Source of the DNA: an uncultured Parachlamydiaceae bacterium
Lineage (GTDB): Bacteria > Chlamydiota > Chlamydiia > Chlamydiales > Parachlamydiaceae
Length of the DNA: 64,000 bases
NCBI GenBank assembly: GCA_963752155.1
Contig: CAVVXH010000010.1
Span: forward strand, 224,001-288,000
Direction: 5' to 3'
Every line of letters begins with the position of its first letter. Within the stretch, counting starts at the first letter, position 1. Positions 10,734 to 20,703 of this stretch are shown piece by piece. Both the position numbers and the translations under genes were made by a program. Below the pieces are notes generated by a model. The model saw only the letters and a program-made list of their open reading frames with translations. It was not told the DNA's origin and ran no database searches.

Positions 10734-10975
10734 TTTTTTCTCCTGCTTGTAATTGACCTATAGCAGGTCATTGATTAATGATCAATGATTCTTGAGGATT
10801 TTGTTACGAAGTCATGTGAAAAGATCTATAGTTTTTTGAGCACAAGCATCAACAATTCGCGGGAATTGCTGCTGCTTAACTGATAATTATATTGACAGAG
10901 CTATTTTTTGAGATATAATCTCGAATGTATGGATTTGTTATTAGATACGTTCAGAAAATATAATCTTATGGAGAT

Positions 10976-11329
10976 ATGCTGTTTGTTAAAAGGATTTTTA
11001 AGATGATTAGCGATGAAGAGTTACAAAAAGTTGTACATAAAGTTGTAAATGGTTTTCGTCCAAATAAGATTATTCTTTTTGGATCATATGCTCGAGATGA
11101 AGCAGATGAAGGTTCGGATCTTGATTTATTAATTGTTGAATCTGAGCTTAGCGATAAAGGTCAGGAAATGATTGAAATAAGGCATGCTATAGGCAATATT
11201 GGTATTGGTGTTGGTGTTGATATTCTCGTATGTTCTGAAAGGGAAGTAAATGAATGGGGGCACTTGCCAAGTGGCGCTCTCTATTGGGCGCTCAAAGAAG
11301 GAAAAGTGCTTTATGAAGCAACCTATTGA
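10976..11329 (+). CDS. Minimal nucleotidyltransferase (MNT antitoxin-like)
   Basis: LFGSYARDEADEGSDLDLL motif; ends EGKVLYE. Confidence 0.85.
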   Translation: MLFVKRIFKMISDEELQKVVHKVVNGFRPNKIILFGSYARDEADEGSDLDLLIVESELSDKGQEMIEIRHAIGNIGIGVGVDILVCSEREVNEWGHLPSGALYWALKEGKVLYEATY

Positions 11330-11397
11330 TGCTTCAATAAATATTCAGTTGACGAGTGAGTAGAACATAAAGTAGAATAAAGAATGCGGAGGTGAAT

Positions 11398-11642
11398 GTG
11401 CCAACAGTTCTTATATGTGATGGATTTAGGTTTTTTTTTATTCTAATGAAGGGGATCCAAGAGAATCCTGTCACATTCATGTTCGAAAAGGAGAGGCATT
11501 AGCCAAATTTTGGCTTAATCATGAAATTGTTTTAGCAGAATCTTATAATGTATCGACCAAGGATCTCTCTAAAATGTATAAAATTATTGAAAAAAATAAA
11601 AAATTTTTAGAGGAACAATGGTATGCCTTCTTTTCGCCATAA
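11398..11642 (+). CDS. DUF4160-family protein (one frameshift in a poly-T run)
   Basis: Restoring one T gives MPTVLICDGFRFFFYSNEGDPRESCHIHVRKGEALAKFWL; GGAGG RBS; overlaps the DUF2442 gene. Confidence 0.75.
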
Positions 11643-11892
11643 ACCACTTGCCAAAAAAGTTGAGTTTGATGAAGAAAACATGGGAGTTGAACTTTATGAT
11701 GGGCGCAAAATTATTATTCCTTTAGCCTATTTTCCAAAACTATTAAATGCAAACGAAATAAATCGTCGTGACTATATTATAAGCGGTGGGGGAATTGGTC
11801 TCCATTGGGAAACTCTTGATGAAGATATCTTAGTAGATAACCTTCTGCTTGGAATTTTTGGATCTAATGGACGTTTTCATCAATCCGCTTAA
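11623..11892 (+). CDS. DUF2442-family protein (putative antitoxin)
   Basis: DGRKIIIPLAYFPKLLNA...GIGLHWETLDEDI pattern. Confidence 0.8.
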   Translation: MPSFRHKPLAKKVEFDEENMGVELYDGRKIIIPLAYFPKLLNANEINRRDYIISGGGIGLHWETLDEDILVDNLLLGIFGSNGRFHQSA

Positions 11893-11966
11893 TATTTTCG
11901 ATAAAGGGCTGTCAGACAATTGTATAAAATGATAAAGATTTGTCAAACACTAAATGTGAGACATTT

Positions 11967-13021
11967 ATGCAATTTTTTTCTCTCTTCTCTGCATTCTCTT
12001 CAATTTTTCTTGTATCTACTTGTTTTTTTGGTTTTGCACATGAAGGAGATCATCTAACTGAAGAATTCAATACATCCAATGAGTACCCCTTTCTTCAGAA
12101 TGTTCGACAAATTACATTTTCTGATGATGGGTTTACAAAGTGTGGAGAAGCTTATTTTTCACCTGATGCTTCTACAATTATCTTTCAAGCCGTTCCTAAA
12201 GGAAAAGAACACTATCAAATTTATACATTAAATCTTTCTGAAGGGATTCCTCATTGGTAAGCACAGGCAGGGGAGCTTGTACCTGTGCTTATTTCAGACC
12301 TGATGGTCAAAAAATTATCTTTGCTTCTAGTCATGGAGATCCAAATCTTCAAGAAAATTCATCAAATCCAGTCCCAGGATACCAGAGAGGGACAGGAACT
12401 TATGTTTGGGAGTTTACTCCTTATATGAATATTTATGAGGCCAATCCGGATGGAACTGAATTGACTCCATTGACTTCAGGGCCTGATTATCATGCAGAAT
12501 GCGCTTACTCTGCAGATGGTACTCAGATCGTATTTGCTAGTAATGGTGATGGCAGTATGAATCTTTATACGATGGATAGTTCTGGTGGCAATGTTCAGCA
12601 GATTACTTACACTAAGAATTGTTATAATGGAGGTCCTTTTTTTTCGCCGGATGGTCAACAGATTATTTTCCGTGCTGACAGGGAAAAGCCACATTATCTA
12701 GACATTTATTGTTGTAGAAAAGATGGTTCAGACGAGATAAAAGTAACTTCAAATGGAGCTGTCAACTGGGCACCTTATTGGCATCCTAATGGAAAAGTAG
12801 TCGCTTTTACAACTTCGTTGCATGGGCATATGCATTATGAAATCTACCTTGTTAACATTGAAACAGGGGTACAAAAGCGTTTAACTCATAACGCTACGTT
12901 TGATGGGTTGCCGGTTTTTAGTCCTGATGGGTGTAAAATCATGTGGACTTCAAAACGAAGTGAAGATAAGAGTTGCCAAATTTTCTTGGCAGATTTTATT
13001 CTGTCTTTTGAACTTAACTAA
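11967..13021 (+). CDS. TolB-like PD40-repeat beta-propeller protein (frameshift near 12255)
   Basis: Signal-like N-terminus and repeated FSPDG..IIF motifs across two overlapping ORFs. Confidence 0.8.
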
Positions 13022-13035
13022 AGATTGCTGGTTAT

Positions 13036-13126
13036 CAGTAAGAAATTGCGCAAATTGTAGCTCATCATTCCGATGTTGAGTGCAGCCACGTGGCCTCTAA
13101 GCAGTTCAAACTACTGCGTAAAGCCA
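13036..13126 (+). repeat. Repeat family R, ~90 bp copy
   Basis: Near-identical to 27594-27682 and 29020-29120. Confidence 0.85.
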
Positions 13127-13534
13127 AAAATTTTGTGCAAACTGTATCATCTTCTGATATTGAGTTTAAAAAAGCAATTGACAAGATAATAAATAAATGT
13201 TAAACTTTATATAAGATATATTCAACATTTTGATGTGTTTAAAAATATCAATTTTATTATTTTAACAAACAGACAGGAGTCATTAAAAGCTTAACTTTTA
13301 TACAAAAACAACGGAATTAAAATGATTGTAAATGACCATAGTAAATAATTTTTCTATGCAAGTAGAATATGATAATGGACTAACACTGGCTAATTTTGCA
13401 AAGAAGATGTCTCTTAATCTTTTCACCAAATTGATTTTGGATACGTTTGGTCATTCTTCAAAAAGGAAACATGCTCCTAAAGATGATAAAACTTGAAAAC
13501 TGGACTATATGTAATCCCCGAAGAGCTGACCCAC

Positions 13535-13578
13535 GTGCGCGTGGGTGCCCGTGCACGAAAATTAGCGGGAGTGTTGCT
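13535..13578. repeat. Partial copy of the GGGCAC/GTGCCC element
   Basis: GTGCCCGTGCACGAAAATTAGCGGGAG matches the arm at 31665-31695. Confidence 0.65.
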
Positions 13579-13710
13579 GGTGCGTCTTGAAAATCCTTGA
13601 CAAAATTTGCGTATAGCCTTTACAGATTGCGGAACGGCCATATTCACATCCGTAAACTGTTTTTACGGAGACTGCTTGGTTATACTGAATTTTTAGCAAA
13701 AGGAACACTC

Positions 13711-14619
13711 ATGTACACTACATGTAACAAACTTCTCTCTGTGTTGGCTCTTTCGATGTTTGCATTTTTGAGCCCAACTCTTGACGCCGATAATCCCGTG
13801 TCGGAAGACAAAACAATACTTGATGTCCCTCAAAACCCAAATGTCATTCCTCTAGGCACACCACTGAACCATTACAAGTTGCTCCTACACATAGGACAAG
13901 ATGATCAAGTTCCGGTTGATAGAGCTATTGTTTTCTCGACTGATGGCTTTAGCAGTGTCTTGGGTTGGGATGATGCACAAGTCACTGCCTTTAGAGAAGC
14001 CGCTATTCAATGGTTTATAGAACGGTTTGGAATTGATTTTTCAAATGGTACTTTGGACCCGGTCTCCGGTAGAATCACCACTAATTTCGGAATCATGCTT
14101 CCATATACCTACCAAGGTTATAACCGAGTATTGGCTTCAAACAACCTGCAAATTCCTGCTTACACACCCCTAACACCTTCAAGTGTTAGCCTGGTGCAGT
14201 ACTCAGTTGCTTTCTTTAGCACTCCTACTTATACAGGTACGTATGCCGAGAATGTCCCGGGTGGAGCAATAGTTGGAAATCAATCAGATGATATTAGTTA
14301 TGGTTGCTGGAAGATTTTCCTCAATTATCAAGGAACAAAGACCCAGACATTCTTCTCAAGAACCTATTATCCAAGTATCATCACGGAGGATAATGCGAAT
14401 CCTTCCAGAAATCTGGACAGATATCAATTGTACTCAGAGGAATTCGGACCTGGTTACGCAACTACAGACTCTGCTTTAGGGTTTGGGGGAGAGGTAGTGG
14501 ACGGTAAAATTGGCGCTAATGCTCACACAATTTGGCGTTTCCGAGGAGCATTTTATGACAAATTAAATGACTACAATGGGTTTACTACCGCGCCTGTAGA
14601 TCTGAGAAGCAAATTCTAG
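13711..14619 (+). CDS. Hypothetical secreted protein
   Basis: ATG at 13711 after AAGGA; signal-peptide-like N-terminus; no family recognised. Confidence 0.7.
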   Translation: MYTTCNKLLSVLALSMFAFLSPTLDADNPVSEDKTILDVPQNPNVIPLGTPLNHYKLLLHIGQDDQVPVDRAIVFSTDGFSSVLGWDDAQVTAFREAAIQWFIERFGIDFSNGTLDPVSGRITTNFGIMLPYTYQGYNRVLASNNLQIPAYTPLTPSSVSLVQYSVAFFSTPTYTGTYAENVPGGAIVGNQSDDISYGCWKIFLNYQGTKTQTFFSRTYYPSIITEDNANPSRNLDRYQLYSEEFGPGYATTDSALGFGGEVVDGKIGANAHTIWRFRGAFYDKLNDYNGFTTAPVDLRSKF

Positions 14620-14639
14620 GATGAACCGCCTTGGTTCCT

Positions 14640-14759
14640 GGCTTGACATTCTTACATTTGCCCTTTAAGAGGTCTTGTTTTCGTTTAGGCAAATATCAGA
14701 ATATCAGGTCAGGCACCAATGGCAAGGCTACTTTTAAGATTGGAGCCTCTCGGTTCTAG
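14640..14759. repeat. Copy of palindromic family E (TCAGGTCAGGCACCAATGGCAAGG)
   Basis: Matches 27711-27769 and 42912-43078. Confidence 0.85.
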
Positions 14760-15847
14760 GAGGACATGTCCGAATATTTTCCAACTTTAAAATTACCTAC
14801 ATAACTCTCTCCGTTTGCATAAGTCAATGTTCCATGTCCATGATATCTACCACCACTAAAACTACCAACATATTTATTCCCATTTACACGCGTTAAGGTG
14901 CCGTGTCCATTATATTGTCCCTTTCCAAAATATTTTCCATATACTCCTTGGATGGAACGTGGTAAGGTAGTTATCTTTTTTTTGAATATATCCGTAAAAT
15001 TTCCTACGTATACATCGCCATTTGGATAAATATAGGTTCCGTGATCAGCAGAGCTTTTGCTTTTTGGTCTGCCGTCTACAAAATTTCCTATATATTTTCC
15101 ACCGTCGGAATATGTCAAGAAGCCTTCACCATTAAACAGACCATGTGCAAAACTTCCAACATATTTGAAATCATCTTTAATTAATGTTAGATTATTAAAA
15201 GATGATAGTATACATTTCAGTCTTTTTCTTTTTTCATTCCATTTACAATTTTTAAAAATTAATGTTTGTAAGGCGGAAAAATTTGAAATTATAAATCCTG
15301 CATAGTAAATCTTACAATTTATGAATTCAAGAGTTTTAACAGCTTTGAATGTCTCATATTTATGATTATTACACTTTATAAGGGTATAGAGGTCAGTCAT
15401 CTTACAATCAATTAATTTCCAATAATTTGCTTTAGGGAAAACACGGCAAAAAAAAATCAAGATATCCGGTGTAAATCTTACATCCCCGTAAATTAATTTG
15501 ATCAATTTGATTAATATTAATCTCATTTTTAGAACTGAAAAGATCAAAAAAATTGGCAGGTTTCTCATAATCAACTAAAACACCAGGAAGGTCCGTAGAT
15601 TTAGCAAAACGCTCAAATACTATTCCTTTAAAAAAATATTACATAACTTTGAGAGATAACTCGATTTTACAAGTTCCTTAAATTCCATTTTCTTCATTAT
15701 TTCATGAAATGCTTTCGAAACGTCATCTATATTTAAAGTTTCGCAAAAGTCCATTCTTTTTATCACTTGATCCATTGCTGTATTTAAGACCGGCAATCTT
15801 TCTTCACTTTTAATTTGTGAACTTTCCGTTCTAATTTGACATTCCAT
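14756..15847 (-). pseudogene. Frameshifted, C-terminally truncated MORN-repeat protein, paralog of 16821-18041
   Basis: The two ORF pieces align to the intact paralog; ends GKYSDMSS where the paralog continues GKYDGQG. Confidence 0.75.
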
Positions 15848-16217
15848 TCCGTTTTCCTCATGTTTAAAAATAATTTAATTTAAATTTGATAAATCATCGT
15901 GACAATTTAACTGCTTAAGCAAATTTAATATTGATTATGAGAAGTTTATCAGGTAGAAATGAGAAATGCAAGTATTAAATGAGAAAACTTGGAGACAAAA
16001 TTCATGCATTTGACTCAATTTTTTTTGAAACTCAGGCTCCCTGAGGCTCTAATCTGGAAAATAGCCTAAGGCAGTTCATCCTAGAATTTTGAACTTATAG
16101 TTGTACGTGACGGCGCAGAGGGATGTTTGATTATAAAAAAATTGTAAAGCTTGCTATTTAAAATTTTATTTGTTATCCCAAAGTTAGTGAGACTAATAAT
16201 TTAACAGGAGGGTTCTT

Positions 16218-16514
16218 ATGTTTTCAAGAATTAAATGGATAATATTAGCAAATGCATTCATGTTTTGCCCAACAATAAACTTTGCTGCAAATAATACAGG
16301 CGATAATCAACAGCTCATTGATGAAGCAAATCAAGAAATAAAAGAGTCACACGATAGGACTAAACAGTATACTGATATGCTTAACGCAATGAGTCCGGAA
16401 GATAAACAACGATTTGAACAAATGAATCTTGAAGAGAAATCGCTCCAAATGATGAACTCGCAAGGACAGATGAACTCGCAAGGACAAAGGAATTCTCAAA
16501 GGCGAAGCAGATAA
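16218..16514 (+). CDS. Small hypothetical secreted protein
   Basis: AGGAGG RBS, signal-like N-terminus, MNSQGQ tandem repeat. Confidence 0.65.
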   Translation: MFSRIKWIILANAFMFCPTINFAANNTGDNQQLIDEANQEIKESHDRTKQYTDMLNAMSPEDKQRFEQMNLEEKSLQMMNSQGQMNSQGQRNSQRRSR

Positions 16515-16540
16515 TTGATGCGGATACTTTTTTAAGGATA

Positions 16541-16834
16541 GCGCCTTGCTATTGGTGCCTGACCTGGGAAGAAACGAAACGACGTTGTTCGACCAGAACC
16601 TTGCCATTTCTTCCCCCCATTTCCGGATCCAAAATACCTGACTTCTGATTAAGTATGCACCCTTGATTATAACATCCAAAAACTTTTTGGATGTTATAAT
16701 CAGGGGTGCATACTTAGGTAAGGGACTATGCAATAATAACTTGTATGATTGGGCTTTGGCGCAGCCCAATCGTGCAAGTTATTATTGCGCAGTCCCTAAC
16801 TGGTGCCCATGCCCGAAAATTTAGCGGGAATTGC
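16541..16834. repeat. Stack of palindromic elements (E fragments, F hairpin 16650-16716, G hairpin 16719-16800, GGGCAC-family end)
   Basis: Each part has a separate copy elsewhere: 42912, 63694, 44555 and 31562. Confidence 0.85.
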
Positions 16835-18041
16835 TTATAAAAGCCCCGTCGCAAAACTCCCCAACATACGTATCCCCGTTTCCATACACCAATGTTCCAT
16901 GGCCATGATATTTGCCTACTGCAAAACTGCCCACATATCCACCGCCATGTATATAAGATAACACACCCTGCCCATCATATTTTCCAACTTTAAAATTCCC
17001 GATATATTTGTCTCCGTTTGCATGAGTAAATGTTCCATGTCCGTGATATCTACCCCCACTAAAACTTCCAACATATTTATTCCCATTTATACGTATTAAA
17101 GTGCCGTGTCCGTTATATTGTCCCTTTGCAAAATATTTTCCATATTCTACTCCTCGGATGGAAAGTGGTAAAGTTAACTTTTTTTGGAATATGTCCATAA
17201 AATTTCCTACGTATACATCATCATTTGGATAAATATATGTTCCATGATCAGCAGAGCTTTTGCTTTTTGGTCTTCCCATATCAAAATTTCCTATATATTT
17301 GCCACCATCAGAATAAGTCAAGAAGCCTTCACCATTAAATAGACCATGTGCAAAACTTCCAACATATTCGAAATTATCTTTAATTAATGTTAGATTTTTA
17401 AAATGTAATAGTATACGAAAAAGTTCTCCATCCCTAATCCAGCTACAATTTTTAAAAATTAATGTTTGTAAGGCAGAAAAATTTGACAGTATTAATCCTG
17501 CACAGTAAATCTTACAATTTATGAATTCAAGAGTTTCAAAAGCTTGAGTTCCAAATTGATAACTTCTAATTACGGGGACGGAACATACACTACAATCAAT
17601 TAATTTCAAATGATTTGCTTTATGGAAAGCGCCAAAAAAATCAAGATATCCGGCGCGAATCTGACAATTTCGTAAATTAATTTGATCAATTTGATCAACA
17701 TCAAACTCATTTTCAGACCTGAAAAGGTCAATAAAATGGGCAAATTTCTCAAAATGATTACTTAAAACTAAAACACCCGGAAGGTCTGTAGATTTAGTTA
17801 AACGATCAAAAACTATTATTTTAAAAAAATTATTGCATAACTTTGAAAGATAGCTCGCTTTTACAAGTTCCTGAAATTCCATTTTCTTCATTATTTCTTG
17901 AAATCCTTTCGAAACGTTATTTATATTTAACATTTCGCAAAAATCCATTTTTTGTATTACCTTATCTATTGCTGTATTTAAGACTGGCAAACTTTCTTCA
18001 CTTTTAATTTGTGAACTTTCTGATCTAATTTGACATTCCAT
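16821..18041 (-). CDS. MORN-repeat protein with F-box-like / LRR-like N-terminus
   Basis: Repeated YVGxFxxGxYHGHGTLTYxNGD; N-terminal VIQKMDFCEMLNINNVSKGFQEI resembles an F-box. Confidence 0.8.
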   Translation of the reverse strand: MECQIRSESSQIKSEESLPVLNTAIDKVIQKMDFCEMLNINNVSKGFQEIMKKMEFQELVKASYLSKLCNNFFKIIVFDRLTKSTDLPGVLVLSNHFEKFAHFIDLFRSENEFDVDQIDQINLRNCQIRAGYLDFFGAFHKANHLKLIDCSVCSVPVIRSYQFGTQAFETLEFINCKIYCAGLILSNFSALQTLIFKNCSWIRDGELFRILLHFKNLTLIKDNFEYVGSFAHGLFNGEGFLTYSDGGKYIGNFDMGRPKSKSSADHGTYIYPNDDVYVGNFMDIFQKKLTLPLSIRGVEYGKYFAKGQYNGHGTLIRINGNKYVGSFSGGRYHGHGTFTHANGDKYIGNFKVGKYDGQGVLSYIHGGGYVGSFAVGKYHGHGTLVYGNGDTYVGEFCDGAFISNSR

Positions 18042-18402
18042 GCCTTTCTCCTTATGATGATTAAAAATAATTTAATTTGAATATATGAACTTAAAAATGT
18101 AACTTTGTGTTTTCCAAAATTATTTCTAAGTTGATAAATCATAATAAATGGTGATAATTTAATTGCTTAAACAATTTTAATATCGATTTATGTGAAGTTT
18201 ACCAGATAGAAATGAGAAGTGCAAGTATTAAATAATCATAAATTTTAACGATAGATATTCATTTTAAAACTTTTTTGGGGTGTTGTGGCTCTATGCCACA
18301 GCTTCAATTACGATTGCACAAATATTCCTTTGATGCTATTTCTTAAAATATCATAAAGATAAAGATCAATAATTCCCAAATTCTTACAGGAGAAAGAAAA
18401 AG

Positions 18403-18870
18403 ATGAGTAAAATCCTAACCCCAGGTACTATAGCACCGGATTTCACTCTTAATGTAACTCCAGACCAAAAACTTTCTCTGGACGAACTCAGAGGAAAGCC
18501 AGTGATTTTGGTGTTTTATCCTGCTGATTGGAGTCCGGTTTGTGGAGACCAGTTAGCCGTATTAAATCAAGTTCTGCCTGAATTTAAAAAGTTTAATGCG
18601 GAACTTTTGGGGATTTCAGTAGATGGTTTGTGGTCGCATATTGCTTTTGCCAAAGCTAGAAATTTACATTACCCATTGCTTTCTGATTTTAATCCAAGAG
18701 GAGAAGTCTCGCAGAAATATGGTGCCTTTCGCGAAAAAGAGGGGACCTGTGAGCGTGCGATTTTTGTGATTGATCGAAATGGTGTAATTACTTGGAGTTA
18801 TCTCTCTCCAATAGCGGAAAATCCCGGTGCGGATGGTATTCTAGACGCTCTCGAAAAACTTCCAAAATAA
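18403..18870 (+). CDS. Peroxiredoxin (AhpC/TSA family)
   Basis: FYPADWSPVC motif, ERAIFVID. Confidence 0.9.
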   Translation: MSKILTPGTIAPDFTLNVTPDQKLSLDELRGKPVILVFYPADWSPVCGDQLAVLNQVLPEFKKFNAELLGISVDGLWSHIAFAKARNLHYPLLSDFNPRGEVSQKYGAFREKEGTCERAIFVIDRNGVITWSYLSPIAENPGADGILDALEKLPK

Positions 18871-18882
18871 GATGGTGAACCC

Positions 18883-19419
18883 ATGTTAAAAAATCCGGTT
18901 TCTAATGATGATCATGTCCAAGGTGGAAAAAATGCTAGTATTACTTTGGTCGAATATGGTGACTATGAATGCCCATACTGCGGGCAAGCATACCCGATCA
19001 TCAAACAAATTCAAAAGCATTATGGCTCTAAGCTTAGATTTGTGTTTCGAAACTTTCCATTAACAGAAATTCACCCTTTGGCTAGACTTGCAGCACAAAC
19101 TGCTGAGTTTGCCGGATCCGAAGGAAAGTTTTGGGAAATGCATGATCTTATTTACGAGAACCAATCTAATTTAAATGTAGAACTATTAGTATCATTAACG
19201 GAGTCTTTGGATTTATCTCCGGAAAAATTAAAGAAATCACTGGAAGACCAAACATTTGATCCGAAAATTCAAAGCGATTTCATCGGCGGTGTTAAAAGTG
19301 GAGTCAATGGAACCCCGACCTTTTACATCAATGGCGCTCGCTATACGGGGCCTGTTGAATTTCAAGATCTCGTTTCGGCTATAGATGAGATGATCACGAA
19401 ACCACTACGTAAAGCGTAA
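18883..19419 (+). CDS. DsbA-family thioredoxin-like oxidoreductase
   Basis: DYECPYC and GVNGTPTFYING. Confidence 0.9.
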   Translation: MLKNPVSNDDHVQGGKNASITLVEYGDYECPYCGQAYPIIKQIQKHYGSKLRFVFRNFPLTEIHPLARLAAQTAEFAGSEGKFWEMHDLIYENQSNLNVELLVSLTESLDLSPEKLKKSLEDQTFDPKIQSDFIGGVKSGVNGTPTFYINGARYTGPVEFQDLVSAIDEMITKPLRKA

Positions 19420-19492
19420 CAGCCCAAAGATGTTGAGTGCAGCCACGTAGCTTCTGAGCAGTCCAAACCATTGCGTAAAGTCATAACAGCCC
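19417..19492 (+). repeat. Repeat family R, partial copy
   Basis: GATGTTGAGTGCAGCCACGTAGC...AAACCATTGCGTAAAGTC. Confidence 0.8.
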
Positions 19493-19668
19493 AAAAAAAA
19501 ATTGGAAAAACTGTTTTGAAGCAACGCACAGAAAGACTTATTCATCTTATAAACAAGATTTTCACGGGAAATTTAAGCCAGACAGAACAAATTGCAATGG
19601 GGAAAATTGTGGAAAAGGCCGAGAGCATTTACAAAAAATGTCAAAGTAAAGTCTTTATATGGAAGTGA

Positions 19669-19767
19669 AAGCCTTGTTCACTTCTTCGCTCAATTATTCC
19701 TCCTCTGTGTTCTCTGTGATCTCTGTGGTAAAAAAAATCTACCACAGAGAACACAGAGGAGGAGTAA
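19669..19767. repeat. Palindromic element with 9-bp CACAGAGAW arms
   Basis: CTCTGTGTTCTCTGTGATCTCTGTGGTA...TACCACAGAGAACACAGAG; second copy at 35594-35702. Confidence 0.9.
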
Positions 19768-19769
19768 CA

Positions 19770-20092
19770 GCATTTGGAGCTTTCCAAGTGCTTCCACCCC
19801 TATAGAAGGAGCGGTCCTATTGCTCAATGTAGCCCGTGCACTTGGTGACGTCTCTTTTGCAGGAACGAAAGAGGCGCCAGGAGTTATTCTAGAAGCCGGT
19901 GATATACTCATCCTTGCGTGCGATGGTCTTAAAGATTATGTTTCCGAATACGAAATTATTGAACAGATAGCCAAAAGCAAACCGAGCATAAATCTAGCCA
20001 AAACATTGGTCGATTACGCCATAAATAAAAAAGAATCAAAGGATAATGTCTCTGTCTTGATTCTAAGTATCATTCCCTGCTTCAGCTACTGA
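19770..20092 (+). pseudogene. C-terminal remnant of a PP2C-family phosphatase
   Basis: LNVARALGD, ILACDGL and SKDNVSV motifs; N-terminal motifs absent. Confidence 0.7.
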
Positions 20093-20173
20093 ACAAATTC
20101 TATTGTGAATAAATATTTTTTTATATAACTCAAGAAATGGAGGTTGCAAACGACAATAACAGGGAGGTATACG

Positions 20174-20671
20174 ATGCTGGAACTTTACATGATAAGACAT
20201 AGCTTGGCCGGTAGAAGTCTAGAGGACGAAGCAATGGATCATGAACGACCATTGACGAAAAAAGGGAAAGAAAAGATGAGAGACGTCTCCAAAGGCTTGC
20301 AAAGACTCAAAATTAGGTTTGATGTAGTTGTAACGAGCCCCTTGCAACGGTCAAAAGAAAGTGCTGAGATTGTAAATGCATATTGTAGTGATACCAAAGA
20401 AGTGATAGTCACTGACCTACTTTGCCCTGGCGCGTCCTATAACAATCTGATCAAATTTTTAAATAAGCTTAAAGACTTTAAGAAGGTCGCTATCGTTGGC
20501 CATGAGCCATTCCTTAGTGGCTTTGCTTCTTATTGTTTGACAAACAATAAACACTCGCTAATGAGTCTTAAAAAAGGCGGCGTTCTAAAGCTCGAGATGG
20601 AAAAGGTTATAAAACCCGGAAAATGCATGCTGTCATGGTTGATGGAACCCAGTCAGCTATACGCAAAGTAG
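20174..20671 (+). CDS. sixA: Phosphohistidine phosphatase SixA
   Basis: LYMIRH, RPLT..G, TSPLQR and VGHEP motifs; GGAGG RBS. Confidence 0.85.
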   Translation: MLELYMIRHSLAGRSLEDEAMDHERPLTKKGKEKMRDVSKGLQRLKIRFDVVVTSPLQRSKESAEIVNAYCSDTKEVIVTDLLCPGASYNNLIKFLNKLKDFKKVAIVGHEPFLSGFASYCLTNNKHSLMSLKKGGVLKLEMEKVIKPGKCMLSWLMEPSQLYAK

Positions 20672-20703
20672 GATAAATAAAATAATCCATAGCTTAATTT
20701 TTA

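Noticed and set aside
10753..10772. TGACCT-N5-AGGTCA palindrome upstream of clpB
   Set aside because: A single short palindrome matching neither CIRCE nor CtsR direct repeats; not enough support
19471..19911. Short ORFs over repeat elements
   Set aside because: They overlap family R and CACAGAG palindromes; only the PP2C remnant is supported
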